Below are positions 59,428-64,000 of a stretch of DNA of 64,000 nt, in pieces; positions within the stretch are counted from its first letter, which is position 1; each line of letters starts with the position of its first letter. The translations under genes and the position numbers were made by a program. Under the pieces are notes generated by a model. It ran no database searches and was not told the origin of the DNA. It saw nothing but the letters and a program-made list of their open reading frames with translations. Where the stretch lies: NCBI GenBank assembly GCA_045593065.1, contig JAZNVZ010000002.1:71183-135182 (forward strand), given 5' to 3'. This DNA comes from Candidatus Enterousia sp. (GTDB lineage: Bacteria > Pseudomonadota > Alphaproteobacteria > Rs-D84).

Positions 59428-60060
59428 ATGGCAAGAGCCGGTGCAAAACGTAGCACACGTAAATTGAAAATCGCTCGTTCTTTGGGCGTAAATTTGTGGG
59501 GTCAGGCAAAATCCCCATTTAACAAACGTAAATATAAACCTGGCCAACATGGTCCAACATCTCGTGGTGGCAACAACTCTGATTACGCAAAACAGATGCG
59601 CGCAAAACAGACATTAAAGGGTTATTACGGCAATATCGGTGAAAAAAAGTTCCACGCATATTATGCCGAGGCCGATAATATGAAGGGCGATACCCCAGAT
59701 AATTTGATTGCTTTGTTGGAACGCCGTTTGGATGCGGTTGTGTATCGTGCAAAATTGGCACCAACTGTATTCTCTTCTCGTCAATTAATTAACCATGGTC
59801 ATATCATGGTAAATGGTAAACGCGTCAAGATTCCATCATATCGTGTTAACCCGGGCGATGTTATCACAGTCAGCGAAAAAGCAAAACAAATGCCATTGGT
59901 CGTATTGGCTTTGGAATCTGGTGAACGCAATTTCTGCGACTATGTAAATGTGGACAGTGCAAACTTTACTGCGACATTTGTTCGTGTACCTGCATTTGCA
60001 GACGTTCCATATCCTGTACAAATGTCACCAGAATTGGTCGTTGAATTCTATTCTCGTTAA
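59428..60060 (+). CDS. rpsD: 30S ribosomal protein S4
   Basis: S4 pattern (PGQHG...LERRLDAVVYR...SRQLINHGHIMVNGKRV...NPGDVI); 210 aa. Confidence 0.9.
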   Translation: MARAGAKRSTRKLKIARSLGVNLWGQAKSPFNKRKYKPGQHGPTSRGGNNSDYAKQMRAKQTLKGYYGNIGEKKFHAYYAEADNMKGDTPDNLIALLERRLDAVVYRAKLAPTVFSSRQLINHGHIMVNGKRVKIPSYRVNPGDVITVSEKAKQMPLVVLALESGERNFCDYVNVDSANFTATFVRVPAFADVPYPVQMSPELVVEFYSR

Positions 60061-60080
60061 TCATACGGGAAAACAAATAC

Positions 60081-60107
60081 AAAAACCGCCGAAACGGCGG
60101 TTTTTTG
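60081..60107. terminator. bidirectional terminator between rpsD and xerC/D
   Basis: aaaaaccgccgaaacggcggtttttt. Confidence 0.65.
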
Positions 60108-60123
60108 TTTGAATATAATTAGT

Positions 60124-61044
60124 TTAATTTTCAGGGTCGATGGCGCGGGGGTGCGCGTGGGCATAAATGTCGTTTATTTCCGCCATATTTACGCGCGTAT
60201 ATAATTGGGTTGTAGAAAGTGATGCGTGCCCCAATAATTCTTGTAAACTGCGCAAATCTGCGCCGCCGGACAGCAATGCGGTTGCAAATGTATGGCGCAG
60301 GGCGTGTGGTGTTACATAATCAGGTAATTGCAAATATGCGCGTAACTTTTCAACCGTTTTTTCCGCCATTCGTGCCGACATGGGCAATCCACGGACACTG
60401 CGAAACAATGGTTTTGTTGCATCGCCCATATATGGACATATGTCTAAATATTTTGCAATCGCATCATTGACCGCGGGTAACACCGGAACGATTCTTTCTT
60501 TGTTGCCTTTGCCAATTATGCGCAAAGTGTCAGGTCGATTTTGCATGTCGCATACGCGCAGTGATAATGCCTCGGAAATACGTAAACCACACCCAAAAAG
60601 TAATGTTATTAACGCCCAGTCGCGTGCGGCAATCCACGGATGGTTTTCGTCAATAGCACGGACGGCTGATTGCATATCTTGAACCTGGGTTGTTTCGATT
60701 GCTTTGGATAATTTGCGTGGAACTTTTGGGGACGAGATTAGGGCGATTGCCTCGTTTTTTATATCGTATTTTCGTGCAATAAATTTATAAAATCCGCGCA
60801 CAGATGACAATGCCCGTGCGGTGGATTTGTGTTCCATATTTCTGCGTGCGCGGTCAGCCAACCATGCCCGAAAACAAATCGTGTCAATACGACCTAAATC
60901 ATTTGGCAATAGTTCTGCGTTTGCCCAACGCACATAAAACGACAAGAAATCGCGAATATCTGTTTCATACGCTGTGGCGGTATGCGTGGAATATTGTTTG
61001 GTATTCAGTAAATAATCTATAAAATTGGCGATAATTTCGTTCAT
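60124..61044 (-). CDS. xerC: tyrosine recombinase XerC/XerD family
   Basis: N-terminal core-binding domain; catalytic R...HxxR...Y region (HALRHTFATALL...LGHASLSTTQLYTRV); start taken at ATG MNEIIANFIDYL. Confidence 0.82.
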   Translation of the reverse strand: MNEIIANFIDYLLNTKQYSTHTATAYETDIRDFLSFYVRWANAELLPNDLGRIDTICFRAWLADRARRNMEHKSTARALSSVRGFYKFIARKYDIKNEAIALISSPKVPRKLSKAIETTQVQDMQSAVRAIDENHPWIAARDWALITLLFGCGLRISEALSLRVCDMQNRPDTLRIIGKGNKERIVPVLPAVNDAIAKYLDICPYMGDATKPLFRSVRGLPMSARMAEKTVEKLRAYLQLPDYVTPHALRHTFATALLSGGADLRSLQELLGHASLSTTQLYTRVNMAEINDIYAHAHPRAIDPEN

Positions 61045-61045
61045 T

Positions 61046-61762
61046 TTACCTGATTTCAAATGTTGCAGACACTTGGACTTTGACATCGGTATCTTTGGAT
61101 GTTAATGTGCCAAATGCGCCGGCATCCATTGCCTCGGCAGTGGCCTTGGCGGCCATTAATCTATAATTTGCCGTTGGGTGCATGTCGTATGTGGCGTTTC
61201 CATAAGATACAGATAACAGTTTACCGATTGTACGGTCATCCCCACTAACCAACGCGGTTGCGCGTTCTTTGGCGTTGCGGACGGCATCGCCCAAACATTT
61301 TTCCATTATGGGTTGTAATGTTTCGCGACTGCTAAACATTTGCAAATTTCCAACATAAATATTTTCTTGACCAGCAAATTGATTTAGCACGGTTTCAATG
61401 GTGTCCATGTTCGCGGCAGAAACCTCGACAGCGATGGTGGTTTCGGTGCCCAAATTTACAGATTTTTGGGTTTGGTGGTTCCATTCGCTTTTTTCATAAG
61501 AATTAAATTCTGTTGTTTGAGATTTTACATCCAAAGTTGACAAAAACTCGTTGATTTCAGCAATCTTTTTTGTTGCGGCACGCATTGATGTTAATGCGTT
61601 TTTGTCCAATGTCGTAACCCGTAAAGTGATGGCGGTACGGTCGCGTGGCGCGGTTGTTAAACATTCGCCATTTGTGGACACGGTTCGGGTGGTTTCTGGG
61701 TAAAAATATGCGTAACCCACGACCGCTAAAATTGCGCCTAAAATCCAAGTTGCTATTTTCAT
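61046..61762 (-). CDS. SIMPL domain (DUF541, YggE-like) periplasmic protein
   Basis: Signal peptide MKIATWILGAILAVVGYA; SIMPL-like pattern of alternating beta/alpha regions; 238 aa. Confidence 0.7.
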   Translation of the reverse strand: MKIATWILGAILAVVGYAYFYPETTRTVSTNGECLTTAPRDRTAITLRVTTLDKNALTSMRAATKKIAEINEFLSTLDVKSQTTEFNSYEKSEWNHQTQKSVNLGTETTIAVEVSAANMDTIETVLNQFAGQENIYVGNLQMFSSRETLQPIMEKCLGDAVRNAKERATALVSGDDRTIGKLLSVSYGNATYDMHPTANYRLMAAKATAEAMDAGAFGTLTSKDTDVKVQVSATFEIR

Positions 61763-61791
61763 GTTTATCTCTCCCTTTGATATTTATTTTT

Positions 61792-62787
61792 TTATCCCAA
61801 CATAACCCGTTTTACGCGTTCTATTGTTTTATTGGCGATTTCACGGGCGCGTTCAGCACCGTTTGCTAAAATTGTGTCTAATTCATCGGTGTGTGCCATT
61901 AAATAGTCATATTTTGTACGCGGCGCAGCCAATGTATTATTGATTTTTTCAAACAACATTTTCTTGGCATCGCCATATCCAATTTTACCATTTTCGAATA
62001 ATTCGCGCATATTTTTAATTTCGGTATCTGTACCAAAATGTTTGTACAATAAATATATGGTCGATTCATCAGGATTTTTTTTCTCGGTCGGTAATTTACT
62101 ATCTGTGATTATTCGCATAATTTTCTTTTTTAATTCATTTTCTGGTGCAAATAATGGAATTGTATTATCATAAGATTTACTCATTTTGCGGCCGTCCAGT
62201 CCAGGGATTAAACCGATGTCGCGCCCAATCTGGGGTTCTGGCAACCGGAACACATTGCCGTATGTGCGGTTAAAGTATTCGGCAATATCGCGTGCAAATT
62301 CCACATGTTGTTTTTGGTCTGCACCAACGGGTACAATGTCGGCATTATACAATAAAATGTCTGCGCTCATTAAAATAGGGTATGTGTATAATCCCATGTT
62401 GACACCGTTATCAGGGTCATCGCCCGCGGCGGCATTTTTTTCCAACATGGCCTTGTAAGAATGTGCGCGATTCATTAATCCTTTTGGGGTTATGTTCATT
62501 AAAAATGTATTTAATTTATATATTGCATCAATATCTGATTGACGGAATAAAATGGCATTGTCCAGATTTAACCCCATTGCCACCATTAATGCCGCAATTT
62601 CGTATGTGTGTGTTTGGATTTGTTTGGCATCGTGTATAGAATTCAGTGCATGCAAATCCGCAATAAAAACGACAGTTTTATGTGTTTGCGATTGTTCAAT
62701 CAATGATTTTATTGCGCCGATATAGTTGCCCATGTGTGGGGTTCCAGTTGGCTTGATTCCTGTTAAAATAATTTTATTATCTGCCAT
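61792..62787 (-). CDS. trpS: tryptophanyl-tRNA synthetase
   Basis: Class I motif TGTPHMGNYIGA and KMSKS; 331 aa. Confidence 0.9.
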   Translation of the reverse strand: MADNKIILTGIKPTGTPHMGNYIGAIKSLIEQSQTHKTVVFIADLHALNSIHDAKQIQTHTYEIAALMVAMGLNLDNAILFRQSDIDAIYKLNTFLMNITPKGLMNRAHSYKAMLEKNAAAGDDPDNGVNMGLYTYPILMSADILLYNADIVPVGADQKQHVEFARDIAEYFNRTYGNVFRLPEPQIGRDIGLIPGLDGRKMSKSYDNTIPLFAPENELKKKIMRIITDSKLPTEKKNPDESTIYLLYKHFGTDTEIKNMRELFENGKIGYGDAKKMLFEKINNTLAAPRTKYDYLMAHTDELDTILANGAERAREIANKTIERVKRVMLG

Positions 62788-62855
62788 TGGTTATACCTTT
62801 TTATTGTCTTTATTACTTTATCAGTTTTTTTTAAGGAAAGCAAGGGATGCCGTAA

Positions 62856-62885
62856 AGAAAAAGCCCCCAAATGGGGGCATTTTTA
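62856..62885 (-). terminator. terminator downstream of the RNase J gene
   Basis: gccccca-ttt-gggggc followed by T5CTTT on the minus strand. Confidence 0.55.
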
Positions 62886-64000
62886 TTTTTGCACAAAGTG
62901 CACGCTGTATTGTGGCTTTTTATCAGCCCCCAACGATGCGCGCACGACCCGATTAGATGCCGTTTGGACTGCACGAACCAGGTTGTTTTTATCTTTGCGT
63001 TCGGTTTTGGTCAAACCATCAATCGCCTTGGTTATTTCTATTTGAATTTGCCGTTTCATGAAACCTGTGTCGTCCGTTTCAAATATTCCGGCACTGGAAA
63101 CCTCTGGCGTGCCTTTCAAGAAACCTTTTTTGTCGATTGGCAATGTAACAAAAACCGCGCCATTTGTGGCAATTTTTTTGCGGTTTTTATATACTTGGTC
63201 ATCAGCACTGCGTTCGGTTTCGCCCTCCATAACAACAAAGCGTGTTTCGATTGTTTCGGCAACATAGGCCTCTTGCCCATCTTGCAACGCAATCATTTCG
63301 CCGTTGTGAACGACCATCATCTGTTTTGCGCCGCCGCGTTCCATTGCCATTTTACCATTCAACATTTCGTTGATATAATCCCCGTGCATTGGGATTGAAA
63401 CCTGGGGATGAACCATGTCATAAAATCGTTCTAATTCAGGACGACCCGCATGCCCAGATGCATGCACATGGTCTGTATCAAATATGGTATGCGTTTTAAT
63501 TCCCATGCGTGCCAATTTATTATACAGGTAAGACACATCTTGTTCGCGGCCTGGAATAATAATCGCGCTGAAAATAATTGTATCGGTTGGCATCAATTTT
63601 AATTCTTTGACATTGCCATGGCACAAACGGGTCAACATTGCGAATTTTTCGCCTTGGGAACCGGTTAAAAATATCGCTTGTTTTTCAGCAGGTAAATCTT
63701 TGATTTCGCTGTGCAGATAAATATCGCCTGGGTCTAAATAACCAAATTCAATACCGATTTTGCGAAATTCTGGCAGTCCAACAAATGGTACAGGGTTTGG
63801 ATTGCTGCGTTCTTTGATTGCGGCAATGCGTCCCGCGGCATGTGCGGCCTCGGCGAACATCTTTAATCTGGCGATGCTGCGCGAATATCCGGTTACGAAT
63901 ACGCGGCCTGGGGCATTTTTCATCAATTCAGTCAATGTATCACGAACCTGAATTTCTGTTGTTTGGACACTTTGTCTGGAACTGGATGTTGAATCGCAAA
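62883..64000 (-). CDS. rnj: ribonuclease J-like MBL/beta-CASP RNase (partial; N-terminus beyond window)
   Basis: beta-CASP and C-terminal motifs (HASGHAGRPELERFYDMVHPQVSIPMHGD); the reading frame stays open upstream of the track's TTG start through position 64000. Confidence 0.72.
   Translation of the reverse strand, partial: CDSTSSSRQSVQTTEIQVRDTLTELMKNAPGRVFVTGYSRSIARLKMFAEAAHAAGRIAAIKERSNPNPVPFVGLPEFRKIGIEFGYLDPGDIYLHSEIKDLPAEKQAIFLTGSQGEKFAMLTRLCHGNVKELKLMPTDTIIFSAIIIPGREQDVSYLYNKLARMGIKTHTIFDTDHVHASGHAGRPELERFYDMVHPQVSIPMHGDYINEMLNGKMAMERGGAKQMMVVHNGEMIALQDGQEAYVAETIETRFVVMEGETERSADDQVYKNRKKIATNGAVFVTLPIDKKGFLKGTPEVSSAGIFETDDTGFMKRQIQIEITKAIDGLTKTERKDKNNLVRAVQTASNRVVRASLGADKKPQYSVHFVQK

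Overview
This is a 64 kb AT-rich bacterial chromosomal segment, Gram-negative by its gene content (MsbA-type exporter, outer-membrane beta-barrel, LemA, RodZ, FtsB, TspO). The backbone is housekeeping genes: tyrS, ctpA, a natural accD-accA fusion, an IHF/HU-family protein, rho, prfB with its programmed +1 frameshift, amiC-like amidase, rplM-rpsI, tig, tilS-ftsH, prmC, dusB, uvrA, rlmE, a class A PBP, guaC, cspA, rpsD, xerC/D, trpS and a partial RNase J gene. There are seven tRNA genes: Ser-GCT, Pro-TGG, Arg-TCT, Met-CAT, Ser-CGA and Gly-GCC, plus the Arg/Ser/Gly/Pro-associated 3'-end copies described below. Accessory content lies between them. It includes a 3.4 kb insertion at tRNA-Gly flanked by 113 bp direct repeats that carries a BcgI-like Type IIB restriction-modification pair. 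Three other tRNAs (Arg, Ser-CGA, Pro) carry short downstream copies of their own 3' ends that look like integration scars. A roughly 1 kb GC-rich palindromic-repeat region ends in an (AC)14 tract just upstream of two tandem paralogous coiled-coil/transmembrane proteins. Two paralogous large secreted proteins (465 and 1116 aa) have BspA-like LRR-type repeats, CPAG cysteine repeats and an internally duplicated C-terminal module. A Fic/Doc-family protein has Gln in place of the catalytic His. A cluster of signal-peptide proteins sits between prfB and rplM, and a free-standing Ffh M-domain ORF follows uvrA. No rRNA genes or CRISPR arrays were seen. All functional calls come from reading the translated motifs by eye, with no database searches.
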